A stretch of 64,000 nucleotides of DNA from the human T2T-CHM13v2.0 reference genome, Homo sapiens (GCF_009914755.1 NC_060947.1); one strand, 5' to 3'; positions 1 to 12,909 are shown, counted from the stretch's first letter. A program made the numbers and translations. Notes: generated by a model from the sequence alone, not told the origin.

Positions 1-949
1 TTTGCAATTCTTTCTGTTTTTTGATTCATAAATCTTATTTATATTGGTTACATACTGTAACAAATTCATTGTTAAATAGTTTGATGGAGATCTCAGTAAA
101 ATAAATGGAAAACAGAACTAGATACTAGGGTTCTTGCCTCTCAGCATATTATATTTTCCTATACTTTTCAAAGTCTTGCACAAATTTAGTGCTTGTCTTG
201 ATGTACAAGTTTTAAGTAGTAAGTTTCCAGAGCCTTCATATCTGTATAAATTGCTTCATAAAATGCTCATTTCAGCAATTTCACATATGGGAGCTTCATA
301 ACTTATTAGTAACCATGGTAATGATGACAAATAAAGCAGTTCAATCATTCTGAATATGTTACTATTTACTTCCAAACGTTCAGAGTTTAGAGCATGTAGA
401 TTTAAAAGTTCAGATTACTGTTGCCATGAGCCACACAAAAGGGCACTGAGTCTCCTGAGATGGGAAAACGAAATTGATTTCTCCGTGTTTTTTATACTCC
501 ACAACACTCTTGAAAAGCACTTTCTGGGCACATAACTATGGATCTACTGCTCTGGGGTAAACAGAATATGAGATCACATGAAAAGAAAACACATGTGTCG
601 TTCTTTTGATTCATGCAAGATCCCTTAAGTTCACTAGATTCGTATAAATACGTGGGCGTATGTAGGCTCCATTCACCTCCAATAAAGCAAGAGGTGGAGA
701 TGACCAATGTTTCTTTTAAAATTGACCCTGGTTATTTTGTTTCATTATCAAAAACAGAAATTTAGTAAATATATAGCTCCTAAAATTAGTAAACTGTAAA
801 ACCATCTCAAATGTGACATTATTCTGTATATTTTTATTGGATTTTCAGAAATGTTATCTGGCTGTGACACATTAAAAGAAATCAATTAAAACTTTTAATA
901 ATTGAACATAGAAACTTTGTATAAGATTTTAAAACTTCACACTTTTTGC

Positions 950-1261
950 TGCTGGGCATGGTGGCTCATGCCTGTAATCCCAGCACTTTGGGAGGGCGAG
1001 GCAAGCAGATTGCTTGAGTCCAAGAGTTCAAGACAGGCCTGGACAACATGGCGAAACCCCCTCTCTACAAAAAGTACAAAAATTAGCCAGGCTTGGTGGC
1101 ATGCACCTGTGGTCCCAGCAACTTGGAAGGCTGAGGCAGGAGGATCACCTGAGCCCAGGGAGGTTGAGGCTGCAGTGAGCCATGATTGTGCCACCACACT
1201 CCAGTCTGTGTGACAGAGCGAGACTCTGTCTCAAAAAATAAAAAAAACAAAAACCAAAAAC

Positions 1262-1315
<54 letters not shown>
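950..1315 (+). mobile_element. Alu (J-like) with (CA)n microsatellite tail
   Basis: Alu dimer, A-rich tail, (CA)n at ~1266-1315. Confidence 0.92.
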
Positions 1316-1318
<3 letters not shown>

Positions 1319-1600
1319 CCCTTTGGAAGTTTTAATATCTTAATTAAATGGCTCTACTCAATGATTTCCTAAATGTTGTAGAATTTTAATAAATGACATC
1401 CTTCCTTGTTTAAATTGTAATGAAATGGATATACTATATATAATAAACAATATCAAGATGTTTGTATTATTAATAATTTATACAATGTTTTCAGTATAAT
1501 TAGGCAACAAAAATAATTTTATTCTCTTTAAATTGTCAGTGTTAAGATACATGGAGAGACAAAGTATTTTTGTCTATTGTGTGTAAGTTCTATTTTAACT

Positions 1601-1746
1601 CAGTGGTTTTCAATTGGGGGTGATTTTGTGCTCCAGAGACACTTGGCAACGTCTGGTGACATTTTTAGTCATCATGAATGGCAGATGAGAGGATTCTACT
1701 GGCATCTAGTGGGTAGAGGCCAGGGATGCTGCAAAACACCCCCACA
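1601..1746 (+). mobile_element. MER20-like hAT element, truncated
   Basis: cagtggttttcaattgggggtgattttg...cacttggcaacgtctggtgacattttt...ggccagggatgctgcaaaac; paralogue of 55931-56161. Confidence 0.75.
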
Positions 1747-1840
1747 AACTTTAAAAATGTCATTTAGGTAACTCTTTTCTTCTTGTAGTTGAGTTAATGG
1801 AAATAACCCACACAAGGAAGAACAGAAGAAAAAAGGGAGA

Positions 1841-1843
<3 letters not shown>

Positions 1844-1881
<38 letters not shown>
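1844..1881. repeat. (TG)n microsatellite
   Basis: Pure TG run. Confidence 0.97.
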
Positions 1882-1883
<2 letters not shown>

Positions 1884-2782
1884 TTTCTCTAAGGCTAAGA
1901 ATGTAAAAATATATACATTGCAATGCATTTCATGGTACTTAATTTCCAGTCACAAGCTTATTAGAACTTCAGTTTATGATTCAAATTAGTCAACTCAGTT
2001 TTCTTAAACTATCATATTCATGGGCTACGAGAAATGCAAAAATGAACCAAATATAGTCTCTGCCCTTCAGGAACTTACAATTTTGTAGGACACAAAAGTA
2101 AATCACGATGGCAATAGATGCACATACAATTGTGAACAAAATGCTATAGGAACACTGGAGAAAAAGAGGATAAAAAGTTACTGGATTTGACAAGTCAATT
2201 ATAAAACTGTTAACAAAAGAAAAATAGAAGAAAGGTTTCTCAATGATAATCAAGATAGACCTGGAACAATGGCAAGATGTTTAAAGATAAAACATGAAAG
2301 CCCACAGGATACAAGTTAAGGAAATCTGAAAACAAACACAAAGGACAGATACAGGATATGGCCAACAGCAGGGACTTGCTGGTAGAGTGGTTCAGAGGAA
2401 GATGGGGGAGAGAGCATCAGTGTAGATGCATCTGAAAAGCCAAGTTGGGTTCTGATCTTAGAGGTCAGAGAGTCTGGATTCTCCAACAATGGTCCTGAGA
2501 GGCTAATGAAGATTTCAATGTGGGAATGGCTTCATTGTAAATGACACAGAGAAGGACAATGGGAGATGGGAAGGACATTCCCTGACAGTGAGTTTCCAAT
2601 GTGCCCTTTATTTACTAATCACAGGCTGTTGGACTGGCAGCCCACTACGTGCCCATGACTACAAAAAACAGGAAATTATTTTTCATTGGCCATCTTAATA
2701 AAAAGATAAATGAGCTTATTTTAATAATAATTTTAGAATATAGAACAGATGATGTTACAGTCTTTTGGTATGCTTAATTTTA

Positions 2783-2783
<1 letters not shown>

Positions 2784-2826
<43 letters not shown>
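2784..2826. repeat. (GC)n(AC)n microsatellite
   Basis: gcgcgcgcgc followed by a CA run. Confidence 0.97.
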
Positions 2827-2828
<2 letters not shown>

Positions 2829-5549
2829 TTCCAGTATCCTTGGTAAGCAAGAAACTCTATAATGTGGAATATTTTTGTCTCCATCACATATATCCCCTTT
2901 TTAAGATGAGAAATCATATTAAGCAAGGATATTTGAAAAGCTCATCAAATTTTGTAGGTTAATCAGTAGCCATAATCATTATGAACTTTGTCTTATTCTT
3001 CACAAGTTAACATTTTTCTACTTCAGAGAAAGTTAATCACTACCGTTTGGAAATAAAAATTAATTCAGATCAACTGAGTGAGTGTAATTCTGCCAACTTT
3101 ATGCTCCTAAAGTAGCAATTTAAAGGACAGTTTCTTAAATGGGAAAAAAAAAGTATGTGTGTCTGTGTGTTTCATCTTGTGCATGGAGACCAATGCTTTA
3201 TAATGGGTCTCATGTAGTTAAAGCAAGACATTTCTTTTACAGGTTTAGCTGGTTCCACTGTTGCTCAGGTGTAAGAGTTTTCTCATGATTTGGCAAGTCA
3301 ATTTTCTCTTTTTACTAGGCTAACAGTATTGCAGCCATGGTCTATGAAATAGTATTTTCCATCCTTAATCATCAATTTGCCCACCAGTTGGAGGTCACCT
3401 AGTCACATTTAGCCCTGACAACAGGTACTTCTTTTGCCAACCTCTATAAAGGGTGTGGGGGCGGGGGCGGGATCAGACCACATAACTTTTAGGTTATATG
3501 CTCTCATTAATATTAAAGACATATGAATTAATCAATATCTCAGAATTTCTGATCCTACGTTTCGGCCAGTGATGACCCTGAACCCTCTACTGTCTGAAAT
3601 TCATCAAAAGTCTTATGAGAAATGTTTTTGTGGACTGCCTAAAAGATGTGCACAAGAGATCCCTATTACTACAAATCAGAGATGACAGGTTGTTTGCAGC
3701 CATTTGCTCATCCCACACCCATGACAAACATTTTTTATCTATTTCAGAACTTTTTCCTTCTGTGCATGGACTCAGCCACCCCAACTGAGCTATTCAGTCC
3801 ACTAATATGAATAAATGGGAGTTGACATGTGAGTTGAAACTTATGTGCCATTATGGGGAAAGATTATCTAAATGCTACCCTGAATTAAACCAGACCATTG
3901 TGGGGCTGTGTACTCAGTCGAACAGGAAATTTTGGATGGTTCATGAAATTGATTCAGTGCCCTGTGCTTTGTGATTATGCCAACAGTTTCCATTGAGGGA
4001 ATGTGGGTGTAACAACTTATGACACTTATTTCCCACGTAGCTCACAGCGTCATCATGATGAGGAACTGGGATTTGCCTTGGGGCTAAAAATTATTTTTAA
4101 AAAAACAAACAGTGCTTCTCAAAAGCAAACAAAATCCTGATTGATTGGTTTTTATGAACACCGTAAAACTTTAAAATACTTGTTATCTCCTGTTTTCTAT
4201 GGAAGCTTAGAGTGAGATCTCTTGCCCACCTTCAAAAACTGTTCTGGATCTGAAAGTGTGCATACTTGAGTGTTAATCTTACCATTGGCTACATTATTTA
4301 TTCTCCCTCCATGAATTTCCCCTCTGGTTCCTTAAACTATAATACTTACTTTATACAGTGTTGCCTATATTTTGGTACGCGGCCTCAAATCATCTGGGAG
4401 AAAATAATGCTATAAAAATCAATGCAGTAATTTACACAGGCTGCACTTGATCCCATTTCCGGTGTGTTTAATTTTTCATGCAAAAAATGATTAGCATTGG
4501 AAACATTTTATATAAATGAGATAGAGTTCTCAGAGCCAGGGTGAGCTTAATAAAAAATGTTTTGTTGAAAATTGTCTTTTACTCTGTGCTCCTTGTAGCT
4601 CAATATTGTGAAAGTTCCCACTGTCTTCAAAGCAGAAATGGATGGAAGGTGGGAAGAGAAAGGAACTTTTACACTTTATATGTGATCATAAAATCTTGAT
4701 TACTGGCATATGTAGAAGTGTATATAGTAAATCTCACTGCCATGGAGGGAAAAATTGTAATCCTCTATACAAGTGAAAAGGGAATACTTTAAATGAAGAT
4801 TGAGAATTTATTGTGAAGGGAGCTGTACTAACTGCTATGAAAGTGGCTTCCTATGTTTGCTGCCCCAAAATACTCCTGCTAATTAGAACAACAAACCAGC
4901 ACTTATCAAGTCCTTTTCCACCTATCAACTCCTTTATTACACCATCTTTAATTTTCTCAATTCTTGTGCCATCTAAACTTGAGTTGGGGAAGCTCAGTCT
5001 GTGATCTCTTTGACTCTTGTCTTATTTCTTACTGGAACATAGTACTTGATAAATCTGTCTTGAATGAATGAATGAATGAATGGCTAATGGAAAGTGTCCA
5101 TCCTCTAAGAATGTCCGTTCAGAAATTTCTGGACAGAAAAGCTGGTAATAACCTCCTCACTTTTTTCCTGTGAACCCAGAATTGCGAATGGAGGGAGTAA
5201 AAAAGCGTAATCTTGGAGCAGGGGGCTGCAAACAGAGGTCTGAATGTGGTGGTGTCTCGACAGGACCTAGAGAGCATTAGGGCACCAAGTGCCTAGGAAA
5301 AGTCATCAGGAGGACACATCAGGAAGTAGAGGAGTGTGCTTACTCCATGTATCTCCCTAGCATTTAAAGTCCGCTGACTTTAAATGGGCTGGAAGGAACA
5401 CGGTTCCAGTTTATCTCCATATCGGGTTAAAGGACATGAAACCTAGCTAGAAGGAACATTGCTCCACCACTGGCCCATCAGTTCTGTTTCCTACTCGGTT
5501 TTTGCTTAACGAGTTGTGGTGTTTAGAGTTGGGAGATACATGGAGAAAG

Positions 5550-6970
5550 TCACTTTTTAGGAGAGGATCAGAGATCCGCAGGCTCATTTCACTCTATAAA
5601 TGCCGCGGACATCTGGTTCCAGGACCTGGACAGTCCTCTCCGGAGACTGGTGGGCCCCTCCAACACCTCCGTGGCTTCCCGGGATCAAGTATCGCACCTA
5701 AAAGGAGGGCAGAGAGCGTGCAACTGGCGGGAGAGGCGTGACCAGAGTGGAACCAAAAGTGGGTGGCCTGGGAACCTAACGCGTGACCAGAAGTGAAGGT
5801 AGGTAAGTGCGCATGCGCAGGATGCGAGTGGCCAATGAGGACCACAAGGTTGTAGCGTGTGGCCTGAGAGGACGGCCAGGACTGGCCAGAAAAGAGAGGT
5901 GTGGAATGCAGTAAGAAAAGTGACGCGGACCAGAGGGGTCTTGCCTGTTCCGAGAGAATGGAAGGGGTTAGCCACGGTGGGAACGGCCACGGCGGGAACG
6001 GCCCCGCCAGTGAGGAGCGCAGGCAGCAAGGCTTAGCGGAAGAGGCGTGACCCAGGCGTACCGCAGGGGCGTGGCCCGAACGAGCTGACTTTAGCCCTTA
6101 CGTGAAAGGCGTGGCGTAGTCGCAAGGGTGTAAAAAAGAAATTCGAATTCGCGGGACGGTCGGCCTCAGGCGGAGTAGGGACGTGGGCCCAAGGGAGGGA
6201 GGTGGGGTAGGCAGACTAGTTGTGACTGGATGATCACTGGGCGAAGGGTGGAAAAGTGGCCACAGATGGAAAGGCGGGCAGCGGAGTAGTGACCGGCAAG
6301 GGAGGTGGCGCGAAAAGGGAAGTAGGGACATGACGTAGTTGGAACGCAGAGACGTGCCTCGAACGTGGGGGCGCGGTCCTTACGTGTGGGCGCGGTCCTT
6401 ACGTGTGGGCGTGCCTTGTTGCTCTGAGGGGCGTAACAAAGATGGTGGAGCAGGCGGAGGGCAGAGGCGTCGGCAAGTTAGCGTGCAGGCGCGTGGCAGC
6501 GACAGGAGATGTGTAGCCAGAGCGCAGAGCAGGTGTGGACTCCGGCGCTGGGGAAGCGTGGCCAGGGCGAGATTTCAGCCTGGGTCGGGGACAGAATGGG
6601 GACTGATAGGGGCGTAACCTGGAATGACGAAATGACGTTTGCTGCGTAGGGACGTGGCTAAACGTGAGGGGGCGTGGCCAAGATGGCCGCGTGTGGGATC
6701 CTCGGGTACCGGGAGCGAACGAGGAGGTTCTGGCTCAGGTAAGTCGTTCGGGTAAGGGCGGGCGGCAGTAAGGAGCGTGGGCAGCAGCAGGGCGTGGTCT
6801 GCTTGAGAGGGCAGGAACTGTGCCACTTGCCGCAAACATGACCGCGTGCCGCTATCGGCCCTGGAGCCAGAGAAGCTTTTGGTGCGGCGAGGTTGGCCGG
6901 GGCCCTGGCGGGGCTTCTCTGAGGAATGGGAGTGGGAGGCTGGCGGCGGGGAAATAGCCACTTCCCCACT
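5550..6970 (+). promoter_or_regulatory. CpG-island promoter of CA5BP1
   Basis: Abrupt GC/CpG enrichment versus AT-rich flanks; NRF1-type palindrome TGCGCATGCGCA 5808-5819, CCAAT 5832-5836, YY1-type CAAGATGGCCGC 6679-6690, many GGGCGTGG SP/KLF-like boxes; donor CAG|GTAAGT at 6738/6739. Confidence 0.85.
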
Positions 6971-8908
6971 CTAGCCCTCTTTCTCCGCTATGGGGATCAC
7001 CAGACATCCTTTTAGGATTCTGTCTCTTAAAAAGTAGAACAGCTTTCCCAGAGACATTGCGGGATGAGAGGAGTGTCCAGAAACCAAGGAGCAGCAAGCT
7101 GGGACTCCCTCGGGTCTGCATTGTTGATATTCCCACCTGACTATGCTAGGGGCTATGGACAGACACAGCCACCCCAGAGTAGATCAAAAGCACAGTTGTG
7201 TCCCTTGGACAAATCTGAGTTTTTCTGTTGTGCCTTGCCCCAGAGCCGGAGGAGAGGAACCTCCAAAATGCAGACATTCTTGGTGGCTGGGATTCTGTGT
7301 GATATTCAGCGTTAAATGCTGCTGTTCTGAGGCTGCTGGAAACGCGTTAGTATTAATATCTGTGTACTTCTCTCACATTTACTTTTGCTGGAAAAGCTTG
7401 GGAAATGACTTAACGAAGATGCGTAAACCTTAATTTGTTTATATGCTCCCTATTAGCCACTGAATACCACATTGCTTTCTGCTTCCCCTTCTTCTTTACT
7501 GATAATCTGACCATTTCCACTATGCACTTTGAAAGTCTTGCTGGAGTATGGAGAATAGTCAGAAATCTCTGGTAAGATGCTGCCCCGCGCATCTCTCAGA
7601 GGAGTCACTATTCGTAGCCTGCATCAGAGTTCACAATGAACCAAAGTTCACCCCACCTCCCCTGTCTTCAGGGACTTAGTGAAAAGCTGCACTGTTCTTG
7701 AATATTTTGGAAATGAAAAACTTTCTGGGCTATTTTAAATCAGTACCTGGGCTGGAATTAACCGAAAGGCGAAACAGCAAGGGCACCATTCTCTGTGCCT
7801 ATACGTAGCTGCCCTGTGCTTGGAACCAAGCAAAAAGGCTGCCACTGCTCACAGTTGCAATGGAATAAAGGTTGAGTGCCTTGTGATTGCATATGAATAT
7901 TAAGGAAATCTGATGGAAAGAGGGAAATTCATCATGTCACTGGCCACACTGGGGCAGTTAGTTGCAACACACAAATCAGGTATAATATATTTTGAAACCT
8001 TTGGCAACCTCAGATTGGGATCACACTCTCAAGGAAGAAGTGAGTGAGAGGAGGAAGCTAAGCTTTCTTAAGACATAGCAGCGTAATCTCTAATTTAAGT
8101 TTCAGGAAATTGCAAAAGGCAGGCTTCCTTTTGAAATCAGGAGTTGAGAAAATGAAGAGTCAATCTGATGCCAATCAAGGAATTTTTCAATATAATTGTA
8201 ACCTTTTGTTAGTACTTTTCCTGTCTCTTTCGCATAAGTTGCTTAATCAGGCAGAGTTCAAGCTATGAGGCATTTAATAAATACATTACTTATGAATGAC
8301 ATTTAAAGACTTTTAGAATCTTTTCTTTTTTCACACATTTCTAAGGCTGCAAAACAACAGAAAAAGAACATGTTAGTAATATCCAAGGCATACATGAATA
8401 ATCAGTGACAGCAAAGGATGTGTAGCACAGAAGGCTTAGCTCTCCTAGGCGGTATCCAGCCACACACTGGTAATTGTTGAAATGGAGTATTGGATATATA
8501 GATGATTTATTCTCACCATTTTTTTGTACAAGTTTGAAGTTTGCCCTAATAAGGGGAAAACAGATTCTAAATTCAGTTGACCCATGGACTATTGCTGTTT
8601 AAACCTGCTAAGTGAATTCAGATAGTGAAGTTATTTAAAAACCAGATGCTCTTACCTGGCTGCAGGAACTATCAAGATAAGATATTGAAAGCTTATTGGC
8701 AGTCTGTCTTTTAAATCCTGAGCCAGACTTTTTTACATGGCTTCAACAAGGTGATTTTTCATCTCCTTAGACATTTTGACATACACACTCCCACTAAAAA
8801 CTGTATTTACACAAACACAGATAAAACTAAACAAAAGTGATTTTAACTTTGGTTTGAGAATTGTCAGCACCTTTTAGGCAACGCAGACATACTTTAGGTG
8901 TCACTGGC

Positions 8909-10243
8909 TGTTACGAGTTCAATTGCACCCTCCCATCTCAAACTCATATACGTTTAAGTCTTAAGCCCCAGTACCTCAGAATGTGACCTCATATGGAGAT
9001 TGGGTCTGTATAAAGGTAATTATGGTCATTAGGGTGACCACTAGTCCAATATAACTGGTGTCCTTAATTAAAAGGGAAATTTGGACACAGACAAGATGAG
9101 AATGGCTTACGAAAATTGGATTTAATGCTGACACAAGCCAAGGAATTACCAGAAGCAAGGTTTATTAGGTGTTCTCCAGAGAAACAAAACCAATTGTGTG
9201 TGTGTATGTGTATATATGTGTGTGTGTATGTATGTATGTGTGGGTGTGCCTGTGTGTGTGCTTGTGCGTGTGTGTGTGTGTGTTTAGAGAGAGATTTATT
9301 TTTAAAAATTGGCTCGTGAATGTAGGCTCGTGAAATTTGCAGTGCAGGCCAGCAGACTGGAGACCAGGGAAGAATTGATATTACAGCCTGTCTTACTCAG
9401 TTTTGTGCTGTAACAGAATACCTGACACTGGATAATTTATAATGAACAGAAATTTATGTGGCTCATGATTCTGGAGGCTGGGAAGTCCAAGGGCATGGTG
9501 CCAGCATCTGCTCAGCATCTAGTGAGGGCTCTCTCTTGCATCATCCCATAGCACAAGGCAGAAGGGCAAGAACATGTGCATGTGAGGGGTGGGAGTGGTT
9601 GGGGGTGAAGAAGGAGGGAGGGAGGGAAGGGAAAGAAGCCAAATTTATCCTTATATCAGGAACCCACTACCTCAGAAACTAACCAGCTCCCCCTAATAAT
9701 GGCATTAATCCATTCATGAGGGGAGGGCCCTCATGATTTAATCACCTCCCAACACTTTTGCGTTGCAGATTAAGTTTCCAAAACGTGAACTTTGGGGACA
9801 CATTCAGACTGGATTGTGAGCACAAACTGGTGCCATGGCACAGCTCCAGTCCAAAGGCAGTCTGGAGGTAGAATTTCCTCTTCCTCAGGGGACCTGTCTT
9901 TTTCAACTTAAGGCTTTCGACGGATTGGGTAGGGCCCACCCACATGAAGGGTAATAATCTTTATTCCAAGTCTACTGATTTAAATGTTAATCTTATCTAA
10001 AAAATACATTCACAGTGACATTTAAACTGGTATTTGACCAAACATCTGGGTACCATGACCTACCCAAGTTGGCACATAAAATTAACCATCCAAGTAGAAA
10101 GGCCTGGAACAGAGCGCTCATTGCCCTCAGAAGGAACCAACCCTGCAGAGAACTTGGACCTCAGATTTCTAACCTCCAGAACCATGAGACAACAAAAATT
10201 TTTAAGCCAACCAGTCTATGGTACTTTCTTACGAGCTAATACA
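8909..10243. mobile_element. Nested LTRs: MLT1-like > MLT2-like > MST-like
   Basis: MLT1-like halves ~8909-9157 and ~10093-10243; MLT2-like halves ~9160-9388 and ~9840-10092; MST-like ~9389-9812. Confidence 0.7.
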
Positions 10244-11956
10244 TTGGCCTAAAGACCTCCGGTAGGGAGTCAAGCCTAGAGGTAAGGAACCTCCACAGGA
10301 TTCACTAACTTCCTACCAGTCCCCTTTAATGTAATGGCTGCACATCTCTGGCTCCCTGAGTTCAGCGCACATTAGCAAAGTGATGCATATGCAAAGCAAA
10401 GCGCATGGCACTGTGCCAAAAGACTGGCTTCTCATCCTGCTGTGCTTTATTTCACAATGCACATAGAGATGATTCTCGCTCCTTTCACGTAGGTGTAGTC
10501 TTCTCTCTAGCTTAGATGGAGCAGGATCAAGGACAGCAGTACAGAGGAGAAGAGCTAGTTCACAGCCAATTACTAGCATGAATGTGCACAAAGAGAGGGG
10601 AGGATGAAAGCACGTTTGCCTCCTTTCTCAGCATCACTGAGGACCATGATGTGGGTTTTATATCTTACATTCTTCTTGGAAAGATGGTGTAAAGAAATAA
10701 AGTTCAGATTTGTAAGGGAAATGTGTCTTTAGTGCCCCTCAACTTCTACATTTGTGCCTTTTGCCACCCATTCCCACCTACCCCAACCCCCACCACTACC
10801 CCACCATGGCCATACTGCTGAGAGCCCCTCTTTTGGCAAGAGAAGGCAGAATCTGAGGTGGCAAAAAACACCCTGCTGTAAACTGGTTTGCTCTGTGTTT
10901 CTCTTACCCATACTATGTGCATTTCAGGAGGCTCCTAAGGGAGAAATTACATACCTGGAAGGTACAGTTCAAGTCTTGGTCATCTTTGCATCATAGCACC
11001 CACCACTGTGCTTGGAGCAAAAGAAATGACAATACATTTTGAAATGAAAGTGCTAACTGGCAGAATCCCAGCCCTGTGAGACTAGATGAGGTTCATACTC
11101 AGGGAGGGTCCTCTTTTTAGATCAGGCAGGATTTGGGGGGTCCTTTGGATCTTTTAGATAGGGGTATGAGACCCTCCTCTCAAAGGAGAAATATTTAAAA
11201 GTGTTTTAAAAGTATAGACATCCCTACAAATGGGTGATGACGTTTGAGAAAAGGAAAGACCCCTAGTACTGTCTCAGAGCATGCTGGCAGTCATGGCACA
11301 GTTCTTAGTTCTTGAAATGCGGACCAACATCTTTGTCACCAAGGGAGCCTACTCGGGTCAGTTGGCTAGTACTCCCAGCACCCATTTTGAATGAGGCACT
11401 GTGTCCCTAAGAGATGCAGCTCTGACCAAGGCAGACACGGTCCCTACCACCATGGGGCTTAGATACTGGAGAGGATGCAGTCATAAAGTACATTCCTGGT
11501 GAGGTATTAATTCGACTGTGATAAGCACTGTGACCACAAAGCAGTTCTGGGCTGACCTGGTGAGCTTGTGGTCGGGGGAGCTTAGAGGAAGTGACGCTGG
11601 TGTCAGTCACCTGAAGTGGGGGTAGGGATTCACCAGTCACAGATGGAGGGAGAGTCCAGGAAAGGAAGGGCATCTGCACAGGCCAGAGGGAAAGGCAGGA
11701 GTTGGAAGAACTAAAGTCCATGTGGCTGGTGGGCGGGCAGAAGCGCAAAGTGAATGTGAGTGAAAGCAAGTGGGTCTGTCATCTTGGGGTGACCAATGAG
11801 TTTGAGGAACAAGAGTGGATAATTGACTCCCATTTGCCCTCCCCTTCACCTCAGGGTGCGTATTACGAGTCTGAATATTGTCCTACTTAGAGGTTTTCTC
11901 ATGATCTTAAGTCTCTATTGTTTACAGCTTTCACTTCTCTGCCCTCTTCCCTCTAG

Positions 11957-12144
11957 GTTATTGGGTTCCTGCAAGTTATCTGGGAACTGATCAAAGTTTC
12001 AGGGTAAGATGGTGGTGATGAACACCCTGAGGGTCACTCGTCCTGTGTCCCCATGCAAATTGCTGTGGAGAAGCTTCCAGATTCCAAGGCCCAGGCCATT
12101 CTGCAGCCTCTGTACTTGTACTTACAAAATCCAGAAATAAGCCT
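11957..12144 (+). pseudogene. CA5BP1: Decayed CA5B first coding exon (mitochondrial presequence)
   Basis: Acceptor ctctag| at 11956; ATG 12009 reads MVVMNTLRVTRPVSPCKLLWRSFQIPRPRPFCSLCTCTYKIQK* (recalled CA5B MVVMNSLRVILQASPGKLLWRKFQIPR...CSLYTCTYKTRNRA); TAA 12138-12140; expected donor reads GAGAGT. Confidence 0.88.
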
Positions 12145-12704
12145 GAGAGTACACCGTTTCATTAAAGAGAGGAGAAAAGGCTTGTTGGTTTTATAAAAAT
12201 CACGCGTGTTAAGCGTTTGTAGCTGTGATGTCATGGGCATTCCAGTGTGAGATTATATGCCTTATGGACTGTGAGAATAACTGTTTCTCTATTTGTCCAG
12301 TAAAATAAATGTGGAACATTCTTTCTTGACAAATGTTAAAATGTTAAAATGATGTCATGCAGAAACTGGAGAAGGTTTCAGATATTCTGGAACCTGTTCT
12401 TTATTATTTCTGGTTAGCAGTTGTCTTTTTACTAAGGTTGATCCACAAACTGCAGATTATTTCTGTGAATCTTAAATTGCTGGAAGCTGCACATGAATGT
12501 TTGCAAGCAGTTCAGTGGCTTCATGCTTCAGAATATTCTGTCCAGAGTTAAGAATTGCAGAATTAATTCTAGCTGACTGATTTGCAAGTGTGTACTCTGC
12601 TGTAAACACAGAAGATCATGTGACACAGCAAATGTTCTTCCTCAAGCCTTTCTCATCTCGTTCCCCTCCTGGAAATACAAGGTACTATCTGCAGCTGGAT
12701 GTTG

Positions 12705-12909
12705 CAGGGATTCTCCACTGTGGCACGATGGACATTGGGGATGGATCATTCTGTGGCGTGGGGGCTGCCCTTTGCTCACTGGATGTTGAGTGGCATCTCT
12801 GATCTCTTGCCAGTAGCACTCCCCAAATGATCACATTCAGATACGTTTCAAGACATTGCTAAATGTCCTCTGGGAGGGAGGGCAAAATAACCCTGGGAGA
12901 GAACCGCTG
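12705..12909 (-). mobile_element. MER20-like
   Basis: cagggattctccactgtggcacgatggacatt...agacattgctaaatgtcctctggga...gagaaccgctg. Confidence 0.75.

Larger units (their letters stand above)
61..4710 (+). repeat. Segmental duplication, copy A
   Basis: Unique sequence collinear with 54467-63955, e.g. caaattcattgttaaatag at 61 and 54467; gttcccactgtcttcaa at ~4614 and ~63876. Confidence 0.92.

Noticed and set aside
3440-3475. TATAAA followed by GC boxes
   Set aside because: Isolated, no CpG island or exon, and not preserved at the paralogous site (~61390/61720).
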